DNA of 63,806 bases, filler included, from Trichomonas gallinae (lineage: Eukaryota), in assembly GCA_008369845.1 (NCBI GenBank). It is 6 parts of 6 records of this genome, joined end to end, with 100 filler letters (N's around TTAATTAATTAA, not from the genome) between each part and the next. Parts side by side here need not be neighbours in the genome. Positions count along the whole stretch, not along the records: positions 1 to 20,679 come from MRSU01000012.1; positions 20,780 to 42,752 come from MRSU01000014.1; 4 more parts are not named here. One strand, given 5' to 3'. The position numbers were made by a program, and so were the translations under genes. Positions 10,568 to 21,668 of the stretch are shown here, in pieces (position 1 is the first letter of the stretch; each line of letters begins with the position of its first letter). The notes beneath the pieces are model-generated. The model was given only the letters and a program-made list of their open reading frames with translations. It did not search any database and had not been told where the DNA came from.

Positions 10568-11710
10568 ATGAGGTCAAACTCAGTGCTTTTTTCTCCTCTT
10601 CAATGTGGACCGATGCAGCTGAAAAACAGATTCATGAGGTCACCAACATGGGAGGGACTTTGTGATGACAATGGCTTCCCAACAAAGAAGCTTTTGAGCA
10701 TGATGGTCAATTTGGCCAGAGGAGGAACAGGTTTGATCATCCCTGGATACATGTATACGATTTCACACGGAAAAGCTGCCCCACTCCAAGCTGCGATGAC
10801 TACAAAGGAGCATGCACAGGCTTGGGAATCTACAATTAAAGAAATCCACAAGCATGGATCTAAAATCGTCTTCCAACTTGCACATGGAGGCTGCAGATGC
10901 AACCCTTCCTTGATTGGACGTGATCCAATCGGAGTGTCTCCAACAGGACCAAATACACACGAAATGACTGACGTTCAAATCGACGAAACAATCGAATCAT
11001 TCGCAAAGGCTGCAAAATTCCTCGAAAAAGTCGGCGCTGACGGAGTCCAAATTCATGGCGCTCACGGATATCTCATTTCTGCCTTCTTATCACCAATTCT
11101 CAACAAGAGAAAGGATAAATGGGGCGGTGCTATCGAAAATCGTGCTCGTTTCTTGAACGAGGTTACATGGGCAATCAGATCTCAAGCCGCCGACTCTTTC
11201 GCTCTTGGCATCAAGATCAACGGCTCAGATTGCGTCGAAGGAGGTGTTACACCAGGCATGTGCGCTGAGAATTTGAGTTTGGCCCCAGCATTCGATTTTG
11301 TTGAAGTTTCCTGCGGCATTGGACCAAAGCACTGGACAACAAGAGCCGCCTTCAATGAGCAAACAATCAGAAAGAACAACAAGAACCCAGACGAATTGAT
11401 CAAGCTTTACCACCAATTCTGCGACGACGTTCCATTCAAAGACGGCTACAACCTCGATGCAGCAGCTGTAGTCAAGGAGATGATTCCAGAGCTCAACGTT
11501 GCTGCTGTCGGAGGCTGGACAAGCTTCGCAAACATGGAGGAAGCAGTCAAGAGTGGAAAGATCGACTTCATTTCAATGGCTAGACCATTCCTCAGGGAGC
11601 CACACTTAGTCAACAAGCTCCTCGAAGGAAAGGAGATGGAATGCGACCGCTGCTCACTCTGCAACGAGCACAGAACAAACGGCATCTTCTGCCAGAACCA
11701 TAGAAAATAA
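10568..11710 (+). CDS. NADH:flavin oxidoreductase / Old Yellow Enzyme family with C-terminal Cys cluster
   Basis: LKNRFMRS, QLAHGG, DGVQIHGAHGYL, RKDKWGG-ENRARF, ARPFLREP, CxxCxxC; Inr at 10552. Confidence 0.95.
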   Translation: MRSNSVLFSPLQCGPMQLKNRFMRSPTWEGLCDDNGFPTKKLLSMMVNLARGGTGLIIPGYMYTISHGKAAPLQAAMTTKEHAQAWESTIKEIHKHGSKIVFQLAHGGCRCNPSLIGRDPIGVSPTGPNTHEMTDVQIDETIESFAKAAKFLEKVGADGVQIHGAHGYLISAFLSPILNKRKDKWGGAIENRARFLNEVTWAIRSQAADSFALGIKINGSDCVEGGVTPGMCAENLSLAPAFDFVEVSCGIGPKHWTTRAAFNEQTIRKNNKNPDELIKLYHQFCDDVPFKDGYNLDAAAVVKEMIPELNVAAVGGWTSFANMEEAVKSGKIDFISMARPFLREPHLVNKLLEGKEMECDRCSLCNEHRTNGIFCQNHRK

Positions 11711-12155
11711 AATTATATAAAATTTTGTATATATGTATAATCAGCGCGTGTTTTCTGCTATATACGTCGCCATACAATGCATACTATATAGGAAAAGACA
11801 TGGTAGAATGCTTTAATAATGCAAAAGTTGTAATTATGAGTCTAAGATCATCTCCAGTTACAGTAATGACTATAATTATGCACATATATTAAGCATATGG
11901 GAGATTATATGTTCTTGTTTGTAGAAATTGATACAAGATGATAAAAATCGCATCAAATATTGTTATTTCTTGAGCAAAACTCTTCGATTAATCAATTTAT
12001 TGAAGAATCTTAGGCAAAAAGGCTAATTTCTCGACTAATTTGATTGAATGAATTTCGAAATCGTTATATGTTTTTCTAAACTGGCTGTTTCAAATGCATG
12101 AATAAAGTTATAGATTTAGATAAAAACAAACAATTTATATTCACAATGAAAAATG

Positions 12156-13379
12156 TTATAATAAACCAAGTATTGCTTTGAGGGACTTGCAAGATGCTTC
12201 GGTCAAAAACTTTTGAGGGTAACACGCTACGATTCCTTTGTATAAAGCCTCAACAGTGAATTGCTCTCCATCAATGAGATTATTGATATCAAGTTTGTTT
12301 AACGACGGCCAAGCTGGTTTTCTTTCAAGATATTCAACTGTTTTCCTCAAGTTCCACTTCTTTTCTATATCATTCAGAGGATTTAACAATAAATATGGTA
12401 ATTTTGCATAATGAGGGTCAATGGCTGTTAAAAGCTTAGGCAGTGTAATGCCATCATGTAGCTTAGATTCATCTAAATATGATTTTGGTCCATCAGGTTG
12501 ATTTTGTTGAATATCTTGTGATCCTGATGATTTTATGCTAATTGGACCATTAATCCTTGCACAATTATAAAATATCATTGAAAGAAGATGTTGCAGCGCA
12601 AATTGATCGCCAGAAACTATTTCAGTAGCACAATTCGTGAAAGATGGATCAATAAATTTATTTGTTTCGAATAGAGTCAGCGCTATTTGTGTATTTTTTA
12701 TTGCTCGCGATTGTGAAACTGCCAATGATACTGGTTGGACCTTTTCATTTGTTAATTTTTCGTATAAAGTAAAGAGAAACGTTCCATTACGGAAGACATC
12801 GTCAACTATTTCTTTTGGCTCAGTGAAAACATCTGGAAGTCTTTGCAAGCCTAGTTTTCCTAATATTTGATTAATATGAGATCTTTGGAGAACAAGCGGA
12901 GGATTCTCTCCAACTGTCTTTGTAAGAGGAATTGTTGTTGTTTGTTGCTTAATCGCGTAATTATAGACATCATTTAATATGCTCCAAACTAAATCTTCCG
13001 GTGGAGCTGTTTCAACAGAATTCGTCATGAAATTCAAGGTGCCTTCTGTTAATACACCTCTTTCGTTCAAAAATTTAATAGTTGAAACTAAATCTGATGT
13101 TTTTTTAGAATTTTTAAATAAAACTTTCGGTAATAATGGACCTGATTGCAAAAACCAGTTGACAATAGAATCGGAAAGACCATATGATATCTGTGGTAGT
13201 GATGAACTTACTTGTTGTAGCCATTTTAAAATTAATGATTTTCGTTTTTCAAATTCAGGATCAGATTTTCGAGGTTTGTCGCGTGTGAAAAGGTCATCAT
13301 CATCTATATCTTGCGAATAATTGCTTTTTGCTCGTGATTTGCTATTTCGAACGCGAGAAAGATAAAACGTCGTTCGCAT
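12156..13379 (-). CDS. Hypothetical protein with two calponin-homology-like domains
   Basis: FRNGTFLFTL...KNTQIALTLF...EIVSGD and LHDGITLPKLL...NLRKTVEYL...NLIDGE resemble CH-domain motifs. Confidence 0.6.
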   Translation of the reverse strand: MRTTFYLSRVRNSKSRAKSNYSQDIDDDDLFTRDKPRKSDPEFEKRKSLILKWLQQVSSSLPQISYGLSDSIVNWFLQSGPLLPKVLFKNSKKTSDLVSTIKFLNERGVLTEGTLNFMTNSVETAPPEDLVWSILNDVYNYAIKQQTTTIPLTKTVGENPPLVLQRSHINQILGKLGLQRLPDVFTEPKEIVDDVFRNGTFLFTLYEKLTNEKVQPVSLAVSQSRAIKNTQIALTLFETNKFIDPSFTNCATEIVSGDQFALQHLLSMIFYNCARINGPISIKSSGSQDIQQNQPDGPKSYLDESKLHDGITLPKLLTAIDPHYAKLPYLLLNPLNDIEKKWNLRKTVEYLERKPAWPSLNKLDINNLIDGEQFTVEALYKGIVACYPQKFLTEASCKSLKAILGLL

Positions 13380-13743
13380 TAATCAATAAAAATGAAGGAA
13401 TTACATATTTTTTCGGAAAAGGAATTACTAATCCATTATGATCTCATTTTTAAATTATATAGGATTTGTCGATATATAATAAATTACATGTCAAAAATTT
13501 TAATTTTATATGACATAAAATGCATCTATTTAAAAATCAATTTTATTTGAAAATTCATATTAGATTTGAAATTTATTCTAAATATTTACCAAAATCAGTT
13601 ACATAAGGGACATATAATCTGACATGTAAAGTTAGCTTTAAAAAAATTCTCGAATTTAGTCTAAAAACTTATTGGAATCTAAATGTATTCGATGAGAAAT
13701 TATTAAGTATAATAATATTTTTAACAAACAAACAAAATTCTAT

Positions 13744-15138
13744 TTAATCAGTTATTGAATTCATAGTATCTTCAATTGCTTTCAACAATACTAGTGCTGC
13801 ATTATTGAAAGCCTTATTAGTCATGCTCAACTCTTTGAAAGAATCATATAATCCGCTTTCAACAAGTTTTCTTACGGTTCTTGTGATTCCATTTGATGTT
13901 TCTGATAATACCAGAATTTGAAAAATTCCAATGTAGAAAAATTGTAAATATTCTTCGATTGAATCAATATCAATAATATCAATTAGTTGATCTATCCAGT
14001 CTTCTTCCACAAATTCGACTACCTGCGGCATTGTCATATTAGAAATCAGTGTTCCTAGTATCATGAAAGCAAAATATTTCTCATCCGCTCTGCCTTCAGC
14101 AAAAGTGACTGTAAGAAGCTCTGGCAGCCTTGTTTGCTCAAGCTCATGCAGTTTTTCATCTGTTATTCCATCTGTGCCATCATTTGTTATATAATTAAAT
14201 AAAGCTGAAAGTGAATGGCCGCTACTTGTCATTTTTCTGAAATTTGGATGAATCATGAAGTTAATGTAATCATTAAGACTTACATATTCAAAGATTTTCT
14301 TACCATATGTTAAAATTAAAATATTAAGCTTAATATTAGCAATATTACAGATTGTTTCATCTGAATCGTCTATATTGAACTCTGATTGGTGTAAATACAT
14401 GAAAAATGGCTCAAAATTCGGTTTTGATGGAATTTTGAGCTCTGGGTACTTAATAAAGATCCTAAAAATGGTGCCTAATGCTTGATATGTAGCATCTTTA
14501 TTCAATCTGGGCAACATTAAAGTCATTTGATAACATATTGGCTCAATATAATCTTCAGGCAAATCATATATGATTTGAGCTATAAAATGAACTGCTACAG
14601 CCATAATTTTCAGATCTGCATTCGTATCCATAAGATTTAGGAAAAAATCTAATGAAACAGCTTCAAGAAATTGATTTCGTATTTGTGGATGATAAAGTAT
14701 ATCTGCTAAGATTCCTATTGCGTAAGATTTAATGGCTAAGTCCTGATGATTCGTAAATATTTGTTGAAGAACATCATAAAGTCCGGCATCGATTAAATTC
14801 TGAAGTATACTCTTTTCTTTGATGAGCATGATAAGGATACGAAGAATACAAACCAATGTGTCGCGTGGAATTTCTTTTAATGCAACTTGAAGGATGAATT
14901 CTATAATTTGGCGTGAAAAGAACTCATCATTGTAAACAAGTCGATGATTAATCAATAAATCTTCAAGACGTTGAAGTTCTTCTCTAAAAGAATCAGATGT
15001 TAAATCTGAACATGTCTCTCCAATGCGTTCAAATAGTATACTTTGTCTCTCTTCAATATCATTACTAGTATCTGTAACCATTGTTCCTACTACTTCAGCA
15101 TCTTGTCGGTCGATTTGTGTGATTAAATTGCTTTCCAT
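13744..15138 (-). CDS. ARM/HEAT-like alpha-solenoid hypothetical protein
   Basis: 464-aa ORF of Leu/Ile-rich amphipathic helices (e.g. LIDAGLYDVLQQIF, AIGILADIL). Confidence 0.65.
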   Translation of the reverse strand: MESNLITQIDRQDAEVVGTMVTDTSNDIEERQSILFERIGETCSDLTSDSFREELQRLEDLLINHRLVYNDEFFSRQIIEFILQVALKEIPRDTLVCILRILIMLIKEKSILQNLIDAGLYDVLQQIFTNHQDLAIKSYAIGILADILYHPQIRNQFLEAVSLDFFLNLMDTNADLKIMAVAVHFIAQIIYDLPEDYIEPICYQMTLMLPRLNKDATYQALGTIFRIFIKYPELKIPSKPNFEPFFMYLHQSEFNIDDSDETICNIANIKLNILILTYGKKIFEYVSLNDYINFMIHPNFRKMTSSGHSLSALFNYITNDGTDGITDEKLHELEQTRLPELLTVTFAEGRADEKYFAFMILGTLISNMTMPQVVEFVEEDWIDQLIDIIDIDSIEEYLQFFYIGIFQILVLSETSNGITRTVRKLVESGLYDSFKELSMTNKAFNNAALVLLKAIEDTMNSITD

Positions 15139-15330
15139 AAAAATATGCAGACAATTTTTATTTTTTGACTTAATTTTTGGTCATAATCTGCTTTATATTT
15201 ATATAATTTCACGAGAAAACATTGTAAAATGAAAGAAATTTTGAAGATTTTAAAATTTTAAAGTCAATTTTATCATTATATTTGGATGATATAAATAAAT
15301 CACAATTTAAAATTGCTTAAATATCAAAAA

Positions 15331-15578
15331 TGACACGTAAATAATTAATTTTGACGTGTAAATAATTCATTCTGGTGCTAGATGTTTCTTTTATGGTTAT
15401 GTTCCATATTCAAAATATAAATAGCTATGCCTACAATGATATATTTTATAAGGGTATAAAATCAAAATTTCTGTCACTCTCTTGCGAAACAACAATGACA
15501 CGTAAAGTATTAATTTTGTCATGTAAGCAATTAAAATAAATAATAATGACACGTAAATTACATATTTTGACATGCAAA
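15331..15578. promoter_or_regulatory. Three paired TGACACGTAAA / TGACRTGTAAA-like motifs in a divergent intergenic region
   Basis: Pairs start at 15331/15352, 15496/15517 and 15547/15568, each 21 bp apart; the second sites are degenerate. Confidence 0.5.
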
Positions 15579-15708
15579 CAAAGGTAGATGTGACACAACG
15601 GGATAATTTTATCGAAAAATAATGCTGTATGTCGCATAAGGAGTAAATCGCAATTGATGCTGTTTCTCTCAAATAACGAAATTGAGAGTAACTATATCAC
15701 TTCAAAAT

Positions 15709-16176
15709 ATGATTTTGATGAATCTCTTGCTCCAGTTCGGTTTTGCAGCTGCCAAAGAGACGAAGAAAGGCAAATTGGTATTCGGAAAGTACACTCCATT
15801 TACTGTTGCTGGAATTGCAGCTCTAATTGTTTTTGCAGTTTTTGTTATCGTTGCTTTTATCATTTTAGGTTCCAAAGTAAAGATATTTGGCATCAAGGTG
15901 AGCTCTTGCTCATGCTCTTGCTCGTCTTGCTGCTCTTGCTCTTCATGCTGCTCATGCTCATCTTGCTGCTCCTGCTGCTCATCATCATCCTCATCATCTT
16001 CGTCGAAGAAGAAGCACAAACATCACGACAACTACCCAGCCGGTCAACCATATCCAGCTGCTCAACCATACCCAGCTCAACCATATCCAGCACAGCCTTA
16101 CCCACAGGGCCAGTACCAGGCACCTCCACCAGGACAATACCCACCAGGCCAGTATCCAGCAGGCTCTACATATTAA
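15709..16176 (+). CDS. Small single-pass membrane protein with Cys/Ser tract and QPYP-rich tail
   Basis: Inr TCACTT at 15697; signal-like N-terminus, TM helix, 13 Cys within a Ser/Cys tract, PYP repeats; stop within TAAA. Confidence 0.85.
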   Translation: MILMNLLLQFGFAAAKETKKGKLVFGKYTPFTVAGIAALIVFAVFVIVAFIILGSKVKIFGIKVSSCSCSCSSCCSCSSCCSCSSCCSCCSSSSSSSSSKKKHKHHDNYPAGQPYPAAQPYPAQPYPAQPYPQGQYQAPPPGQYPPGQYPAGSTY

Positions 16177-16402
16177 AATATTATTCTGTAAATAGTTAAA
16201 TTGCGAAATTGCATACTCTTATTTTTCATTACCTAAGTAGTATAGGTTTTTCATTACGATTTTAACTCAGAAAAGCACAAAATTTGAAATGATAAAATTG
16301 ATGGAATTTTGAGAAATCAATCATGAAAATTCGTTACACACATGAAGATAAGATGAATGAACAAAAGAAAAATGTTTTCTGAATTTCGAAAAAGGAAAAA
16401 AA

Positions 16403-16474
16403 TGTCCCAGACCAGAATCGAACTGGCCTCTGATCCGTGTCAAGGATCCATTCTAACCAATATACTACTGGGAC
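16403..16474 (-). tRNA. tRNA-Val(GAC)
   Basis: Acceptor GTCCCAG/CTGGGAC, anticodon stem GATCC/GGATC with loop TT-GAC-AC, T arm CCAG-TTCGATT-CTGG, downstream oligo-T terminator. Confidence 0.95.
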
Positions 16475-16729
16475 TGCGCGAATTTGAAATATATTATATA
16501 TTTAAATGAAAAATATAATTCTTATTCTAGATAAAGTAGATTAGCATTATTCTACCCATACAACCATTTTAGATTAATATCTCAAGGTAGTGTTCTTACT
16601 ATACTATAGATGATGATTTGATTTTTTCGTATTCTCTAATATTAAATATTTGTTTCATTTGAAGCTAGTATAATACATATTTCACATGACAAATAGTATA
16701 TGGCAAATATTAATAGTATAATAAACAGT

Positions 16730-19700
16730 TTAATTAACAATAGTATTTTTCTCGGTTGAACCGAGTGTTTGAGACATGCTCAATATAGATGAGTTTGTTG
16801 CATTGAACACATAATTATTTGGCTTAACCAAGTAAGTCATTTGTTTTCCTTTTCCTTTCAAGAATGTTTCGCCTTTCTGCGTTATTTCATAGTTCATTCC
16901 TTTGATGACGTCGAGTGTGGCCTGGGATATGTGAATCCTATTTAGATCAGATGTGCTCTGTAATCTTGCTGCAACGTTAATTGCATCGCCAATAATATCG
17001 AAAGCAGGTTTATCAGTTCCAAGAACGCCAGCAATAATCGGACCGCCAACATTGATGCCTATTCTTATCTGCAAACTTGCATCAAGTCGGATATTTAGTT
17101 CTTCAAGTGCATTAATCACATCCTGAGAGAATAAAATTGATTGGTCTGCATGCTGCTCAGCTGGAGCATCTTGGTTGAATAAACCAGAAGCTGCCATATA
17201 AATATCTCCAATTAACTTAATTTTTTGTATCATCGAATATTTGGCAGCGAGTTTATCGATTTGGGCAAAATAATATGAGAGATTTGCCATGATATCTTGT
17301 GGGCTCAAATTTGCTGCATATTCCGAGAATCTATTGATATCTATGAAGATAATCGCTGCTGTTGGCACAACGAATGAAATATCCTTTTCTCCTTTGTTCA
17401 GCTTTAAAACTATGTCTCTTGGGAGAATCTGATACAATAATTTTTCTGATTTTGCCTTTTCTTCTTCAGCTTGCATCTTTTGTTTAACAATTTGAGTCTG
17501 GTTCTTCAAAATAACAACAAATGAATTGGCTGCAGTGTCATTTTCGCGTTTCATTCCAATAATTGTCACATGAACAGCTAATTCATTAGACGAATCAGAA
17601 ACAATTGTGTAATCATCTTCAAAGTATGATGAGCTCTGTCCCAATCTTATCTGCTCTAGTTTTTGTGATATTTTTGGAACATCTTCAGCTAAGAAGAAAG
17701 AAGCAATGTTTTGACCTAAGATTTGGTCCTTTGTGTATCCAATAAGTGAGCAGACCGCGCTATTATTAGTTTCTATAATTCCATAAATATTTGTGCAAAT
17801 AATAGCATCAGGGGCGTTTTTAATGATCGAGGCCTCAATGCTCATATCTTGTGCATGTTCTTCTCCCTTCCCATTCAAGAAGATTTTCTCGAATAGTTTA
17901 GAATTTATCAAACAATAAGGTGAGAATCTTTTAATGACCATTAAAGCTGCCTTATACGATTGCACGCGATTCCTGTAATAGAATATACTAGTGATGACTA
18001 AAAATGCCAAGAACAAAACTGTCAACATCCATAGTGCTACAACTAAATTCCTTATTGATGTGAATCTTTGATGTGAGAGGTCCAGTAATATCTCAAATAC
18101 TCTCAGCATCCTGTAATACATCCTGTTGTTCGATAAATATAATACATTTAGGAACTCTGTCTTCCATTGTGTTCCATTTATACCTAACTTCAAAGCTTGT
18201 ATGATATTATTCGCAAAACTTATATATATTTCAACTTGTTGATGTGCTGATGCGTTAGCGTAGAAATCGCTGGGAGATAATGTTGAATCATCCAGTTTGT
18301 CGTCAACTATATTTAAATCATCCAATCTGTGATCGAATCCACTGCAAGGTGGAGAATAACTTGTTCCTGCTATCAAATCATGGTCTGCTTCAGCCAGTTT
18401 TTCTAAAGTCAATTCGTTGAGATAATAAATTATTTGTTTTTCTGTGATGTCGTAATTCAAGATTGGATTACTAACAATGACTAACATGATCAGTAGATTA
18501 AAGGATTCAGCTGCCAAACTTAATCTTATCGCTGCTAAATTGCTCCATGCGCTGATTTTCTGTAAATCGTCATTAGCGTCTGCAGCAGCGTCCCAGCCGA
18601 AGTAGCAGATGAACAGGAATGAAAGGGAGACCAAAAGAATAATTAGAATCATATAATAACTTAATTTGCTTTTTCCGTGATATTCTGCGATTCTTATATC
18701 TTCTTCGTCTTTGGATAGCATTATTTTCTCTTTGGCTTCATTCCTCGTCTTCATGTCGAAAGACTGAATTAGTTGAATGATTGTTTTGATGTCTTTTCCA
18801 ACCTTGAAGTGAACAATGATGAAAGGAATAAACGAAATAATGAAAGTGATGATAGAAAAGATCCATTTGATTGTTTGCAATCTGTTATTTAAATCTTTTC
18901 CTTCATCCAGTTGATAATCGTTGATATTTCCAAACCACATCGTCATCATTTTGTAATATTCATGGAAATTTGCTGTTATTTCGCATGCTTCAGCACTCTG
19001 ATATATTGCCCAAGCATTTCCAGGCTGTAGGGTTCCAATTAAACGCTGATTTGTCATTAGATTGGTAATAACACATGCTAGAGAGCTTGGTCTTCGCGGA
19101 GAGTTTGCTAAAATGTGTCCGTCTTTGCCACACATGTATAATCTCGATTTCTCTTCAATGAGAATAGAAGCAAAAGAATAAATATCTACATGATTTAAAG
19201 CCATTGCTGTTAATTGATTTACCAAGCTTTGGAACTGATCATGTGTCTCTCCTGTGTAATTTAGAATTGCTGAAAAATTTTGCGCTGCAACATCTATGAA
19301 AGGATGATCATCAGGCTGATGCATCATCTCTAAAGAAGTTACAAGCGCGTCTGAGCCAGGAAGAGCTGCGAAAATCTTGAAAATCAAGTCAATACTTGAT
19401 AAAGCAGAATAAAATCTCATGTACATGCTTGATTCTGTTATATGTAAAGCATCTACTCTGTGTACTAAGCGCTTCCTCGCGTAAGCAAACCACGCAGTTA
19501 AGAAAGCAATCGGTAAAAACAATATAATTATAGTAGCAATGAATCTGATCGATTTAATTGAGAAAGGAAGCTTTGTGTTAAGTGTCCTTTGCAAAGCAAG
19601 TCTTGTTCTCGAATGTGTCAAAGTAATTCTTCCCAAATGATCCTCAACTTCATTATCTAGCTCAGATTCTTCTGATTTGTCGCTGCCACTGCCGCTGTTT

Positions 19701-20605
19701 CTTGTGTTTTTCGCAGACATATTCGCTGAATTCACGTTTTCTGTCTGTTGTTCATTTGGAATAATAATTTTTCCGTCAAAATCAACGATTTTATCTATTA
19801 AATAGCGTGGAAATGCCCTTACCATTGATCTGAATGACAAATCTATTGAGTAATTGGCTCCCAAGTCAATATTTTGTTGTCTATTCTTGTAAAACAAACA
19901 TTCTACGAAATCACATTCAGCTTCGCATAGATATCGCGCATATTCCTCGCAGTATTTAGAGTTATTGGGAGATAGTGTAATAGCTTCCTTCCAAAGTGCT
20001 CTTGCTACTCTCGTTCGATCTGCAAAAGATTCGAAATAATCAGGACTGATATTTGGCGCGTCAATTGCATTTTTACACAAGTATTCGCATTGTCTGCTGA
20101 TTGTCTTCAATTCAATGAGTTTTAACTTAGCGTTTGTGTTAATCGTGAAATTTCGTAAAGTTTTGATATAATCGATCTCAAACAGCAAAAACCGCGATGT
20201 CCAGTGTAAGTCATTTTTAGATGAAAGGAGTTTTTCTATCCTTGCCTGTAATTTAATTTCTTTCGGGAAAAAATTGCAAAGCTGAAGGCACATACAGAGC
20301 GCTCTCTCGCTATCATATCTGTCTATTATGTAGTTTACCAAGCTCCAATTGTAGAAATCTTTGCAATAATTTTGAAATCCAATTTTCAAGTATGCCAAGA
20401 CTTTATCTTCGTTATATCCAAGACCCAATGAATCATAGTAGTCGCTATATTCTTCCTGTGTTTCTTTTGTAACATTTAAAAGCTTTTTGACATATTTGAA
20501 TTGAAATATGAAGAAAATAAGCATAATTCCGCTTAGTGTTACGAGAGACACAGTCACACATATCAGAGGCACGTAATATTGTATTTTATCGACGAATACT
20601 GTTAA
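16730..20605 (-). pseudogene. Transmembrane adenylyl cyclase (multi-TM + PAS + class III cyclase), 5' end interrupted by a transposon
   Basis: IFIDINRFS, KIKLIGDIYMAA, AFDIIGDAINVAARLQ; PAS-like segment. Frame stays open with no ATG up to the TTAA at 20602-20605, then stops inside the element. Confidence 0.85.
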
Positions 20606-20679
20606 GGGGGTAGGTTTGAATAGTTTACATTTTTATACTTGTTTGCTTCCAAACGCCTCATAGTCGAGCATTGGCTAAA
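20602..20679. mobile_element. Terminus of a TTAA-target DNA transposon (same family as 1-77)
   Basis: TTAA|GGGGGTAGGTTTGAATAG..., 70/73 identical to the reverse complement of 1-73; ends at the contig boundary. Confidence 0.7.
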
Positions 20680-20779
20680 NNNNNNNNNNNNNNNNNNNNN
20701 NNNNNNNNNNNNNNNNNNNNNNNTTAATTAATTAANNNNNNNNNNNNNNNNNNNNNNNNNNNNNNNNNNNNNNNNNNNN
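20680..20779. other. Artificial contig linker
   Basis: N44-TTAATTAATTAA-N44, giving stops in six frames. Confidence 0.98.
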
Positions 20780-21228
20780 ATCTTCGCGACTCATTCTGAA
20801 GAAAAGTTTGCTGAACACGCAAGTCATCGAGAAAGTGGAAAAAGAGTTTCCCCCCTTTTATAAGGGCCATATATTTCAAGTTTTAATAAGATTAACAGTT
20901 TATGCAATTGAAAAAAATCGAAAGCAATTTTCAATGAATGTTAAATCACGAATTCAATCATACAGACAACCAATTGAAGCGTATAAAATGACATGACTGA
21001 CATCCACTTGTGAATGGCATGGAATCAATAAAATGATTTTCCTTTTATTTGTTTTGATATTAATTATTTAAACATTGTGATAAAAGAATCGATTGTTACA
21101 CAGTGAATAAATGATTTTTATGCTTCGTGAATTGAATGAAAAGCTACTTGAATTAATTTTAAAGCTAACGTTCAAAAGACTAATCTCAAATGACTAATGA
21201 GAATGAAATAAAAAAGTTTTTTATTTTC

Positions 21229-21490
21229 TTGATTTTGAATTTTTTTTGATTTTATAAAATAGTAATTTATCATATATAGATATGATTTTTAAAATAATTT
21301 TTATGAACTTGATTTTGAATTTTTTTCGATTTTATCAAGATAAAATATATGTATATGATATATAGATATGATTTTTAAAATAATATTTTATTTTGATGAT
21401 TTTTTATTTCGATAGATAATATGGTATATAGTATGTATAGATATGATATTTAAAATAGTTTTTTATGGGCTTGATTTTGATGATTTTTTA
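21229..21490. repeat. Degenerate AT-rich tandem repeat (about 70-85 bp unit)
   Basis: ttgattttgaatttttt...tatagatatgatttttaaaata recurs about three times. Confidence 0.6.
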
Positions 21491-21668
21491 GACAAAAAAT
21501 AAATGTTAAAAAAACAAAAAGATAATGAAAAATAGTTTATTCAGTTGACCAAAATGTTAAATATTTCTATACTTTCGGGCCGGATTTTGATTCAAAAACC
21601 AATTGAGGGAATTCATTCAAAATATTGAATAATTAAATCAAAAAAATGAGAAAAATCAATTTTCTGTG

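Noticed and set aside
5555..11710. Peptide precursor, GH31 and OYE as a RiPP biosynthetic cluster
   Set aside because: The neighbours are ordinary metabolic enzymes with no known peptide-modifying role; adjacency alone is not evidence.
1..20679. 20.6-kb segment as one giant transposon (Maverick/Polinton) with terminal inverted repeats
   Set aside because: The TTAA targets are on the inner side, and the content is ordinary host genes with no polB, integrase or capsid. Two independent insertions fit better.
20680..20779. TTAATTAATTAA repeated five times inside N-runs, as a biological repeat
   Set aside because: Identical N44-12-N44 layout with six-frame stops is an assembly or concatenation linker.
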